Program-made: the position numbers and the translations under genes
Notes under the pieces: model-generated
What the model saw: only the letters and a program-made list of their open reading frames with translations
Told to the model about the DNA's origin: nothing
Database searches by the model: none
Part shown: piece after piece, positions 29,475-39,047 of the stretch
Position numbering within the stretch: position 1 is the first letter of the stretch
Layout: each line of letters begins with the position of its first letter
NCBI GenBank assembly: GCA_965237715.1
Contig: CBDEGM010000003.1
Span: forward strand, 1,746,375 to 1,810,374
Length of the DNA: 64,000 nucleotides
Origin: Acidobacteriota bacterium
GTDB taxonomy: Bacteria; Acidobacteriota; UBA6911; RPQK01; CBDEGM01
Reading direction: 5' to 3'

Positions 29475-30336
29475 CGCGTTGTTGCACAATTCCGGCCGGG
29501 TCACGGACCGATCCCAGTCCTGTTTGAATGCTATCGAATTCGCACTGACTCAGGCATGCCCCGGCTTGACATACGATTCAGCACCTCACATTTGATGATG
29601 GCCTCGACCCGTTGATTGTCGAATCGTCGGGCCGACAGCTTAGGCCCAAACAACGTCTTGAACCTCGACATCGCATTCTCTGCAAGGCTTTGCCTGGCGC
29701 AACCACTGGAGATGCGCCATTCATATCGACCGAGTCTCCTTATTTCTCGTAGATGGGCATCCCGCATTGCCCGCCAGGCAGGCGGGTCCACACTTTCACT
29801 CAGCCGCGCACTGCGTCGCGGAGGGATGGTGGCGACAGCCTCCCGCTCGAGTATCGATTGATAACAGGCCCTCGTGTCATAGGCCCCGTCGCCCGAGACT
29901 TGAACGATGCGACCCGGAATCTGATCCAGCAGGGCCGGCAACAGACGACAGTCGTGGACCCGGCTCGGTGTAACCTCCACCGCCACAATCTCTTTCGTCC
30001 TCTCATCGACACCCAGGTGCAGCTTGCGCCAGGCTCTGCGCCGACCATGTCGATGCTTTCGGACGTGCCATTCACCCGAGCCGTACACTCTCAGGCCCGT
30101 CGCATCCACAACCACGTGCCGAGGCCGACTGCTTGGGCTAACAGTCAAGAACGTCGCCAAGGAACTCTGTCGTCTACTGAGAGTGCTGTAGTCTGGAACT
30201 GGCAGATCGAGTCTGAGCAACTCCAGGAGCGAAGAAACGAAGCCCTGCGTCGACCGAAGGCTAAGATGAAACACCGACTTCAATATCAGCGCACACTGAA
30301 TGGCCGTGTCGGAGTAAACCTTCGGAGCGCCGGGGC
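29475..30336 (-). mobile_element. IS903-group (IS5 family) element, truncated at its transposase-N-terminal end by IS481-like copy 7
   Basis: IR CGCGTTGTTGCACAATTCCGG at 29475; sequence near-identical to the full copy 39048-40111. Confidence 0.75.
29531..30283 (-). pseudogene. IS903-group transposase lacking about 65 N-terminal aa
   Basis: 250 aa aligning to residues 66-315 of the 315-aa transposase. Confidence 0.7.
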
Positions 30337-31555
30337 CGTAAGGTAAAAATATTCGGTCGGGCAGCGGATCCTTAGGATAGAAGGGCTCATGGGCGTGCGA
30401 GCATCGGAATCTCAGGCGATTTCCGTTGAGAAACCAGCTTTTGGAAACGGGCTCCCGGTGTGAGGTCGTCGCTCCGGCACAGCGGTGCTGACTCGACCTT
30501 CTCCCCAGTCTTATGGAGTGTATCCGAATTCAAGCAGCGTCTCGATAGTAGTATCGAAGCAAGCCACCGAGCCTGGGACGGCAACTTAATTCGCCGTCCT
30601 TGCGACCAACTTCATCTCCCGCATCAATGATTCGGTTCGCGAGTCCCTGATGATTCCGTTCGTGGTGAAAGTGCTCTCCGAACTCTCTCAAGGCCCGACG
30701 CAATGACGCTTCACCAAAGAAGATCATACGGTTGAGACATTCAGATTTCAGGGAGCGCATGAAGCGTTCCAGATGAGCATTGAGATTAGGACTCTTGGGA
30801 GGTAAGACTACCGCCTCGATGTCGCTGGACTTCAAGATCTGACGCAACGGCAAGTGCTTCGTGTCACGGTCAAGGATGACGTGGGCCGAGCTGCGGAAAA
30901 AGCCGTCGACACAGCCGGTCAGGTTCCTTCCGAGTTGCTGCATCCATTCGGAGTTGGGGTGAGGCGTCGCACCCGCGATTTCAATGCGCCGCGTCTTTAG
31001 ATGCATCACCACAAGGACGTAGAACGTGACCAGTCCTGACCGAGTCCAGACCTCAACGGTCGTAAAGTCGGCGGCTGCGATCGAATCCCAGTGAGCAGCA
31101 AGGAAGGTACGCCAGGCCGTGCGGCTCTCGCGCTCTGGAGCTGGCTCGATGCCGTGGGCTTTGAGAATGTTGCCAACCGTGGTGTCAGAAATGTGGAAGC
31201 CCAGGTTGGCTAAAGCACCCTGGATACGGTCATAGCCCCAGCTAGGATTCTCCTGAGCCATGCGCAGAGCCAAGTCCACAATCTGTTGTCGAATGCGTGG
31301 CCGGCCAACGGATTGCCTCTTGTCTGAGTGATCCCACTTGCGAGCGATAAGCTCTCGATGCCAGCGCAGAAGCGTGTCGGGCCTGACGATCTTGGCCAGT
31401 TTGCCGAGGCTTTTTCGGCCCAGCACCTTGCCCTTGACGGCCAAGCGTCGACGCTGGCCGTCGTTGAGCAGAATGCGGCGCTTGCCGAGCTTTTCTCTGA
31501 GTACCTGATTCTCAGTCAAAAGATACTCGATCGCGTCCTGCTGGTCTCTGTTGAT
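30337..31555 (-). mobile_element. IS481-like copy 7 (minus), 5' end removed by MITE copy c
   Basis: Right-end IR at 30337; homology stops at 31555, where the MITE TIR begins. Confidence 0.75.
30530..31519 (-). CDS. IS481-like transposase (ORF starts about 25 aa into the protein)
   Basis: 329 aa identical to the 359-aa family. Confidence 0.7.
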   Translation of the reverse strand: MTENQVLREKLGKRRILLNDGQRRRLAVKGKVLGRKSLGKLAKIVRPDTLLRWHRELIARKWDHSDKRQSVGRPRIRQQIVDLALRMAQENPSWGYDRIQGALANLGFHISDTTVGNILKAHGIEPAPERESRTAWRTFLAAHWDSIAAADFTTVEVWTRSGLVTFYVLVVMHLKTRRIEIAGATPHPNSEWMQQLGRNLTGCVDGFFRSSAHVILDRDTKHLPLRQILKSSDIEAVVLPPKSPNLNAHLERFMRSLKSECLNRMIFFGEASLRRALREFGEHFHHERNHQGLANRIIDAGDEVGRKDGELSCRPRLGGLLRYYYRDAA

Positions 31556-31556
31556 G

Positions 31557-31684
31557 GTACTGTCAAGTTAAGTGGAATTCTCGGGTTTTGGAGGCGAAAT
31601 CGGTCGTCGGTCGAACGTAGAATCAACAATTTAGGGACTTGCCAAGGCGCTGATTAGGCACCAAACCGGTTAACTTGACAGTAC
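31557..31684. mobile_element. MITE copy c (128 bp, TA-flanked, variant-2 interior)
   Basis: TIRs GTACTGTCAAGTTAAG / GTTAACTTGACAGTAC. Confidence 0.6.
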
Positions 31685-31898
31685 CCTAAAAAGGGCTTGA
31701 GAGACGGGCGTGTGAAAACGGTACGCCAACGCCACGCAGAAGCGTCTCTGCCAACCGAAGCCCCTCACCAGAGCATCGGCAAGCGCCCGGGATTTGGGCG
31801 GAAAACGGGGACGAGATCCACAAAAAACGTAGCAATATCAGAGATATAAGGGCGTGGCGGTGGGCGCAGTCTGGAGCGAACCCGTCTCTGGCCCGATT

Positions 31899-32095
31899 TC
31901 CCTGTTTAACAGGGAAAAAACAGGGAATTTCGTGGATTCGGCCTCGAATAGGCGGGATCGAAGCCTCCTAACCCACTGATATCATGGGGTTTCAGTTTCG
32001 AATTCCCTACGCCACGGAACAGGGAATTTGTTTGGTCGAACAGGGAATTTTCTGGGGGGAACAGGGAAAACCAGTTCGTGGAACAGGGAAGACCA
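31899..32095. repeat. Iteron-like array: four GAACAGGGAA(t/a)TT direct repeats at 21/21/22-bp spacing (32018, 32039, 32060, 32082), plus two more copies and inverted copies (31899-31927, 32001-32009)
   Basis: Read directly; the array ends 5 bp before the group II intron 5' GTGCG. Confidence 0.6.
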
Positions 32096-32100
32096 GTGCT

Positions 32101-34165
32101 GTGCGCGCGCACCGGATGCGCTGCGAATCGCAGCATCGATCCGGACAACGGGGTTCCTGCCGGCGGATGGGGTTCGCGCCGAACTACGGTGTCTTTCGCG
32201 GGTCGAGCAGCCCTATCTCAGTGGATGTCGATGAGGTAGTGATATCGGCGCACGAGACAGCGGCTGTCGTCAAGGCTCATCAGGTTGCGGAGGAATGCGT
32301 TGCAACACTTAGCTCGAAGGGTCGCCAACATCAGTGTGCCGCAGCAAGCGGCGTGAGAGATGGGAGTAGGCCTCCCGCAACCGGCTTGCAGGAGCAGGTT
32401 GCAAACCACCGTAAGTGGCTGTGGTTAAAAGCCGCGGTCGTGAGCGTTACGGAAAAGGTGCTCTAGAAGCATCAGGTGTGGATCAGGAAGACGAACACAA
32501 GTGAACCACCGTTCAAGTGCCGAAAGGACGAGATGGTGTCGAAACCGGGGAGTTGGTGTTGCCCCGGGACGAATCTGGCGGAAACCTGTCTACTGGTCAG
32601 GTGGCACCCGGCATAGAGGTGGCGTGAGCTTGATCTGGGCTCTCATGTTGAACTGCGGGAACCTGGAGCAACGATGCTAAGAGAAAGGCACAAGCAGAGA
32701 ACCTGCGAGGCCGACAGTATCGAAGCGTTGCCCAGGGGCGGACAAGCTCGTAGTAGCGATGAGGCTGCCGTAATGGCAGCGGAGCGAAGGGGCTTGGTCA
32801 CTCGGCTACAGACAAGCGGCCAACTGCTAGGCAGGAGGAGCCCTTGAAAGTAGCAAAGCCATTTGAGGTTTCTAAGAAGCTGGCAGGGCAAGCATACTTG
32901 GAGGTGAAGTCCAAAGGAGGTGCCGCAGGAGTCGATGGCGAGTCGCTTGAACTCTTCGAGCACAACTTGAAGAACAACCTCTATCGAATCTGGAACCGGC
33001 TGTGCTCCGGGAGCTATTTTCCACCACCCGTGAAAGCCGTGCCAATCCCGAAGAAATCGGGGGGCACGCGTGTTCTCGGAGTGCCTGCGGTCTCTGATCG
33101 AATCGCACAGACAGTGGTGAAGCAAGCCCTGGAGCCGATACTGGAACCGGTGTTCGATGAGGATTCTTTCGGCTATCGACCGGGAAAGTCTGCCCATGAC
33201 GCGATTGCCATCACCCGGAAACGGTGTTGGCGATACGACTGGGTGGTGGAGTTCGATATCCGCGCCCTGTTCGACAACATTGACCACGAACTGCTCATGA
33301 AGGCGTTACGCCACCATTGTCAGTGTCGTTGGGTGTTGTTGTACGTGGAGCGCTGGTTGCAGGCTCCACTTGAGCAGCCCGGCGGCAGTCTACAGGCGCG
33401 CGACAAAGGCACACCGCAAGGTGGAGTTGTGAGCCCTATTCTGGCAAATCTGTTCTTGCACTACGCGTTTGACGCGTGGGTGAGACGCCAACTGCCGGGG
33501 GTTCCATTTTGTCGATACGCCGACGATGGGCTGCTGCACTGCAAGAGCCAGTCTCAGGCGGAATACGTGATGAGCCTTATCTCGGAACGCTTCCGTGAGT
33601 GTGGGTTGGAGATCCATCCCGACAAATCGTCGATCGTCTATTGCAAGGATGTGAATCGCCTGGAAGAGCATTCGCGAATCAGCTTTGATTTCCTTGGTTA
33701 CACTTTCCGTCCGCGACGGTGTGTGAACAAGAAAGGGCAGGTTCACCCGAACTTTCTTCCTGCGATCAGTATCTCCTCGAAGAAGGAGATCAATCGATGC
33801 ATGCGTAGCTGGCATGTCCAGCTCAAGAACGAGAAGACGTTGTTGGATCTGTCTCAGATGTTCAATCCGAAACTCCGTGGTTGGCAAGCCTGCTATGGTT
33901 GCTTCCACGCGTCGGCACTGCGTCAACTGTGGCGGAACTTCAACCGGTATCTTGTGCAGTGGGTGCGAAGGAAACTCAAAAGATTTTCTGGGCATCGGCA
34001 ACGGGCGAGGCGTTACCTCGACCAGATTGCCCGTGCCAATCCGCATCTATTTATTCATTGGCGTCTTGGAGTCTTTCCTTGTGGCTTGAGTGATAGGAGC
34101 CGGATGAGCTGAGAGGTTCACGTCCGGTTCTTGGAGGGGCTGGGGGTGAGACTCCCCCGGCCTAC
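32101..34165 (+). mobile_element. Group II intron (5' GUGCG; domain V at 34097-34130; ORF in domain IV)
   Basis: Domain V GAGCCGGAUGAGCUGAGAGGUUCACGUCCGGUUC with the AGC triad; the 3' boundary is approximate. Confidence 0.7.
32844..34112 (+). CDS. Group II intron reverse transcriptase/maturase
   Basis: RT domains 0-7 with YADD; maturase X domain; 422 aa. Confidence 0.9.
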   Translation: MKVAKPFEVSKKLAGQAYLEVKSKGGAAGVDGESLELFEHNLKNNLYRIWNRLCSGSYFPPPVKAVPIPKKSGGTRVLGVPAVSDRIAQTVVKQALEPILEPVFDEDSFGYRPGKSAHDAIAITRKRCWRYDWVVEFDIRALFDNIDHELLMKALRHHCQCRWVLLYVERWLQAPLEQPGGSLQARDKGTPQGGVVSPILANLFLHYAFDAWVRRQLPGVPFCRYADDGLLHCKSQSQAEYVMSLISERFRECGLEIHPDKSSIVYCKDVNRLEEHSRISFDFLGYTFRPRRCVNKKGQVHPNFLPAISISSKKEINRCMRSWHVQLKNEKTLLDLSQMFNPKLRGWQACYGCFHASALRQLWRNFNRYLVQWVRRKLKRFSGHRQRARRYLDQIARANPHLFIHWRLGVFPCGLSDRSRMS

Positions 34166-34736
34166 TCAACCATCTTCTTCAACCACAACAAGGAAACTAG
34201 TTCGCCACCTCTTCGGTACATTTGCCCCCTTGATCTCTATGATGGACCGGAACTCCCCGCCGATGCTAGCGTGCCCGCTTACGCCGATTCATGCACCAAT
34301 GCCCTTCAACTAGTGTAGCGATCGGGACCCTCATTTCACTTGCGAAAAGTTTCCCCATTTTTCAAAAAGTTCACCCGTTCCACTTGTTAATCTTCCTAAC
34401 TCAACCATGTCAATTGGTTAGCAGAATCTCACCTGAATTTTTGGGGAAACTCCTGCAAGTGGCATGTACTAAAAAATCGGGGGAAAAAAAGGGAGGAAGG
34501 GCAGAGAAATTTAGGCGGACAAGCGGCCCTGAAAATGCATTATGCCGCGCGGGAGCGCAATGTCCGGAGCGACAGCATTTTACAACAGAGCATGAGCTGG
34601 CTACAATAACGGTCCGCTGAGATGGAGGCGTAAGCTTCCCCAGAAAAGACCCCATCCAAAAGTAGAATTTTCTGGCCCAAGGACAGAAGATGGGACAGGT
34701 TTCGCAGCAGATCGGGGTGACCGAGCAGACCTACTT

Positions 34737-34788
34737 GGGGTCACCTCTGTCCAGTTGAGGCATGCCTCAACTGGACAGAGGTGACCCC
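34737..34788. repeat. 52-bp perfect palindrome (24-bp arms GGGGTCACCTCTGTCCAGTTGAGG around CATG)
   Basis: Read directly. Confidence 0.5.
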
Positions 34789-35075
34789 TTCATAGCCAAG
34801 GCAGCGGTTGGATTTCTCGCGCTGATGGTGTAGTCCGCGCCCGCTGGCGGATGAATGGTAAAATAGACCCATGGGGAAGAAGATGACAGAAACGACAACG
34901 ATCCGGGGCGCACTGAAAGAGGCCGGATGCGAGCCCACTTTTCGCAAGACAGCGTCAGGACGAATCTCAGGGAAGTCATCCCCGTCTCAAAGGGTCTCAA
35001 AAGGGTATTGATGCCCAGGCCGGGTTACAGTACATTGGCCCCGTGGCATTGGCCCCGTGCTGAAGGGAGTACTCT

Positions 35076-35519
35076 ATGACTGGAACCATCCGTCGCGTCG
35101 ACTATTTTTATCTGACAGTACCCAACAAATCGGGCGAAGAGGTCCGGATATTAAGCACCCTAAAAGAAGCGGGTATTAACCTGCTGGCATTTTCAGGATT
35201 TCCAAGCGGCCGTCGAAGTCAGATTGACTTCGTACCTGAAGACCCCGTTGCGTTTCGAAAAGTAGCCAGAAAATCTGGCTGGAAACTAAGTCCCCGCAAG
35301 TCGTGTTTTCTAATTGAAGGAAAAGACCAGGCCGGAGCGTTTTTCGATGTGGTGTCGCGCCTCGCTGACGCGAAGATCAATGTCACAGCGTCGGCCGCCG
35401 TTTGCACGGGAGAGGGACACTATGGGGCGCTTCTATGGGTCAAACCCCCGGATGTAGGAAAAGCTGTAAGAAAACTCGGCATCAAGAAGCAGGTTGCGGC
35501 TCCTGTGTCCAGTAAATGA
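35076..35519 (+). CDS. Hypothetical protein, possible tandem ACT-like domain protein
   Basis: 147 aa; two beta-alpha-beta-beta-alpha-beta-like halves; weak. Confidence 0.3.
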   Translation: MTGTIRRVDYFYLTVPNKSGEEVRILSTLKEAGINLLAFSGFPSGRRSQIDFVPEDPVAFRKVARKSGWKLSPRKSCFLIEGKDQAGAFFDVVSRLADAKINVTASAAVCTGEGHYGALLWVKPPDVGKAVRKLGIKKQVAAPVSSK

Positions 35520-35552
35520 ATGGGGGCAAGTCGGCCGCCGGGGAATTGTTGG

Positions 35553-35590
35553 TCGAGTCGACCGGGCTCCGTCTCATGCAGCCACCTCGA
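35553..35590. repeat. Second copy of the roughly 35-bp GTCGACC...CTCCGTCTCATGCAGCCACCTCGA repeat
   Basis: See 26867-26903. Confidence 0.4.
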
Positions 35591-35709
35591 TCTGTCTCAG
35601 CACTGTTACGATCTGCTCTGGCTTGTACCTCCGTATCGGCATCTGTCTTGTCCTCCTCCGTAAGATTCTCTCTCACTTCAGTTGGTACAAATCCCCCAGG
35701 CCGGGTCAC

Positions 35710-35760
35710 CATCGAAGACAAGCCCCCCCCGAAGCGATTCATGCAACAAGCCGTCTTGGA
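35710..35760. repeat. Degenerate IS903-group-like terminal IR remnant (CGAAGCGATTCATGCAACAAGCCG)
   Basis: Compare CGAAGCGATTTATGCAACAACGCG at 40091-40111. Confidence 0.4.
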
Positions 35761-35825
35761 ACCCCAAAGCATTGTGCCGAAGACGACCCCGAGCAAGATG
35801 GGGGGCAGGAAGCTGCCGCCGACAA

Positions 35826-36362
35826 ATGGAAACTAAACGCGGACAACCTGCCGTCGGGTTCCGTTTACCCGAGTTCACAGGCCGCTGGCACCAGCTCGCG
35901 GACTACTCCGGACACTGGCTACTGCTGGTGTTTCACCGGCACCTAGCCTGACTGCCGTGCCGGGAACACCTGTCGCAGTTGCGACAGCACAAGAAGGAGT
36001 TGAAGAAACTCGATGTCCAGGTCGTCGTCGTCACCTTCCAGAGCGGCCCGGTCGCCGAGGCCTATGTGCGGGACACGCGTCTGGAGTGGCCGATACTGAT
36101 CGACAGTGCGCTGGAGGTGTATCAGGCCTATGGCATGAACCGGGGGCACTGGTGGAGTATTTTCGGACCGCCGTCTTGGTGGGCCTATATGAAGCTGCTG
36201 TTACGGGGGCGGCGTCTCCGGATGCCGAGTGGCGATGTCAGCCAACTGGGAGGCGACGTGCTCGTCGACCCGGAGGGAGTCGTTCGGCTACACCATGTCG
36301 GCGACCGGCCAGGGGACCGGCCGGCAATCCAGGTATTGCTCGATACGGCACTGTCAAGTTAA
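35826..36362 (+). CDS. TlpA-like redoxin candidate selenoprotein, copy B (TGA at 35949-35951, UxxC)
   Basis: Identical architecture to copy A; ORFs 35682-35951 and 35979-36362 in the same frame; the stop codon sits inside the MITE TIR. Confidence 0.6.
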
Positions 36363-36443
36363 CTGATTTTCTGGAGGTTACCCTGATTGACGTACTAGCT
36401 AAGTCGTTGATTTTCCATGCTGGCTAGAATTGATTTCGCATCG
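36349..36443. mobile_element. MITE copy b (variant 1), truncated by an IS903-group insertion
   Basis: One TIR plus about 80 bp of interior; the reverse complement matches copy a. Confidence 0.5.
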
Positions 36444-36825
36444 ACGCGTTGTTGCACAATTCCGGTCGGGGTCACGGACCGATCCCAGTCCTGTTTGAAT
36501 GCTATCGAATTCGCACTGACTCAGGCATGCCCCGGCTTGACATACGATTCAGCACCTCACATTTGATGATGGCCTCGACCCGTTGATTGTCGAATCGTCG
36601 GGCCGACAGCTTAGGCCCAAACAACGTCTTGAACCTCGACATCGCATTCTCTGCAAGGCTTTGCCTGGTGCAACCACTGGAGATGCGCCATTCATATCGA
36701 CCGAGTCTCCTTATTTCTCGTAGATGGGCATCCCGCATTGCCCGCCAGGCAGGCGGGTCCACACTTTCACTCAGCCGTGCACTGCGTCGCGGAGGGATGG
36801 TGGCGACAGCCTCCCGCTCGAGTTC
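36444..36825 (-). mobile_element. IS903-group fragment (IR plus the transposase C-terminal 86 codons)
   Basis: Homology to 39048-39430 stops at 36825. Confidence 0.65.
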
Positions 36826-37017
36826 CCCTTTACCCCTCTTTTCAACCTGACGGGCAACCCGGCTGCGAGTGTTCCCTGCGGCTTCAGCGAGGACGGCTTG
36901 CCGATCGGTCTACAGATCGTGGGTCGACTGAGGGACGAAGAGACGATCATAGCGGCTTCGGCCGTCTTCGAAGAGGGAAGACCCTGGGCAGAGAAGCAGC
37001 CGGGACGGTTTCCTTGA
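36826..37017 (+). pseudogene. Amidase-signature family (GatA/amidase) C-terminal fragment
   Basis: PLFNLTGNPAASVPCGF..GLPIGLQIVG.. Confidence 0.5.
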
Positions 37018-37082
37018 TGGTGGCGATAGCACTCTGAGGGGTCCAATTCAGCGTTGGTGACCGTCTCCTGGTGAGCTGAGCA

Positions 37083-38843
37083 ATGGAACATCTAGGCAAG
37101 AAGAAGGCAAAGCCGTCCTGGCAGACGGCCAAGTACGCCTTCCACCATATCATCTGGCCTCGTCGCCGGCTCCTTTTTCTAGGTCTATTCCTGATCGTCA
37201 TCAATCGAGCAGCGGGCCTGGTCTTGCCAGGTGCCAGCAAGATCCTGTTGGACAACGTTATCCCCGAGAACGACGAACAGCTGCTGTACCTGCTCTTGTC
37301 GGGTGTGACCCTGGCCATCCTGGTTCAGTCTTCCACGGCATTCTTCCTGACTCGGTTGCTGAGCGTGGAGGCCCAGCATCTGATTTCTCTCCTCCGAGCA
37401 GAGGTACAACGCCATATCCTCTACCTCCCCGTTCGGTTCTTCGACAACACCAAGTCAGGAGAGCTGGTTTCCCGCATCATGATCGACGTCGAGGGGGTCC
37501 GAAACCTGGTGGGCACAGGTTTTGTGCAAATGTTCGGGGGCGTCCTGACGGCCATCGCATCACTGGTACTTTTGTTGAAGATCAACGCCATGATGACGCT
37601 TTACACCCTGCTGCCTCTCAGCCTTTTTGGCTTGGTCTCACTGAAGGCGTTTGGTTACATTCGTCCGATTTTTGGGGAGCGGGGGAAGATCAACGCGGAG
37701 GTCACCGGGCGCCTCACAGAGTCACTGGGCGGTATTCGGGTCATCAAAGGGTTCAACGCCGAGAAGCAGGAGGTCCGGGTCTTCGAGAGGGGAGTCGATC
37801 GGATTTTCAACAACGTCAAGAAGTCCCTGACCGCTACCAGCCTGGTTACCAGCTCCTCCACCTTGCTGCTGGGTCTAGCCAGTGTCGGCATCATGGGGCT
37901 TGGGGCGTCGATGATCATGAGCGGCGACTTGAGCGTGGGCGACCTGTTTGCCTTCACCCTCTATCTGGGATTCCTGATCGCTCCTATCGTCCAGATGGGC
38001 AACATCGGGAGTCAGATCACGGAAGCCTTTGCCGGCCTCGATCGCACTGAAGAGATTCTGAGCCTGAAGCCCGAGCACGCTGAGCCGTCAAGGACTATTA
38101 CGCTGGACGAGGTGCAAGGAGATATCCGCTTCGAGGACGTCGATTTCTCCTATGAAGAGGGGAATCCGGTCCTCACGGGTATCAGCTTCGAAGCCCCAGC
38201 CGGCAGCGTCACGGCCCTGGTGGGGAGTTCCGGATCGGGGAAGACCACGATTGCCGGCCTGGCGGCTTCCTTCCTGAAACCCAACGGGGGGAAGATTCTG
38301 ATTGACGGACAAGACCTTTCCAGGGTGACGCTTGACTCTTATCGATCCAGGCTAGGCGTCGTCCTTCAGGACGATTTTCTCTACGAGGGGACGATCCGGG
38401 AAAACATCCTGTTTGCCAGGTCGGAAGCAAGCACGACGGAGCTGAGTGAATCGGTGGCCGCTGCCCATGTCAGCGAGTTCACCGATCGCTTCGACGAAGG
38501 CCTGGACACCCTCATTGGCGAACGCGGTGTGAAGCTTTCGGGCGGACAGAAGCAGCGGGTGACCATCGCTCGCGCCCTGTTAGCCGATCCACGGATCTTG
38601 ATTCTGGATGAGGCCACCTCGAACCTGGACACCGAAAGCGAGCTCTATATCCAGCAGAGTCTGGATCAGCTCCTGAAAGGCCGAACCACTTTTGTCATCG
38701 CCCACAGGCTCAGCACGATTCGGCGCGCGGACCAGATCCTGGTGGTGGAGGACGGTGAAATCGTCGAACGAGGGCGCCATGACGAGCTGATCGAAGCGAA
38801 GGGTCGATACTACCAACTCTATACCTACCAGGCCCGCATCTAA
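37083..38843 (+). CDS. ABC exporter, fused permease and ATP-binding protein (MsbA-like)
   Basis: Six-TM N-terminal half; Walker A GSSGSGKTT, LSGGQKQR, Walker B ILILDEATS. Confidence 0.8.
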   Translation: MEHLGKKKAKPSWQTAKYAFHHIIWPRRRLLFLGLFLIVINRAAGLVLPGASKILLDNVIPENDEQLLYLLLSGVTLAILVQSSTAFFLTRLLSVEAQHLISLLRAEVQRHILYLPVRFFDNTKSGELVSRIMIDVEGVRNLVGTGFVQMFGGVLTAIASLVLLLKINAMMTLYTLLPLSLFGLVSLKAFGYIRPIFGERGKINAEVTGRLTESLGGIRVIKGFNAEKQEVRVFERGVDRIFNNVKKSLTATSLVTSSSTLLLGLASVGIMGLGASMIMSGDLSVGDLFAFTLYLGFLIAPIVQMGNIGSQITEAFAGLDRTEEILSLKPEHAEPSRTITLDEVQGDIRFEDVDFSYEEGNPVLTGISFEAPAGSVTALVGSSGSGKTTIAGLAASFLKPNGGKILIDGQDLSRVTLDSYRSRLGVVLQDDFLYEGTIRENILFARSEASTTELSESVAAAHVSEFTDRFDEGLDTLIGERGVKLSGGQKQRVTIARALLADPRILILDEATSNLDTESELYIQQSLDQLLKGRTTFVIAHRLSTIRRADQILVVEDGEIVERGRHDELIEAKGRYYQLYTYQARI

Positions 38844-38866
38844 GCCGAAACTTCATTCGCAGAAGT

Positions 38867-38938
38867 AGCTTTGGCCTCCAGGCCGAAGTCTTATTCTTCT
38901 GAGTCTTTGGCTCGGACGGAGGCCTGGAGGCCAAAGCT
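38867..38938. terminator. Long inverted repeat (18-bp arms AGCTTTGGCCTCCAGGCC / GGCCTGGAGGCCAAAGCT) downstream of the ABC exporter gene
   Basis: Read directly. Confidence 0.4.
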
Positions 38939-39047
38939 AGTGCGCCTGCGAAGGCGTTTGATCAGAAGGGTGCAAGTTCCCTTCCAGGCCAACGTTACCG
39001 GCCTGAAGTCGACAGTGGTAACTGCGTTTCCGTGAGGAAAGGTGGAG

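Noticed and set aside
31899-32095. Regularly spaced repeats that could be taken for a small CRISPR array
   Set aside because: Only a 10-13 bp core is conserved within a 21-22 bp period. There are no 25-40 bp unique spacers and no cas genes. It fits iterons or operators better.
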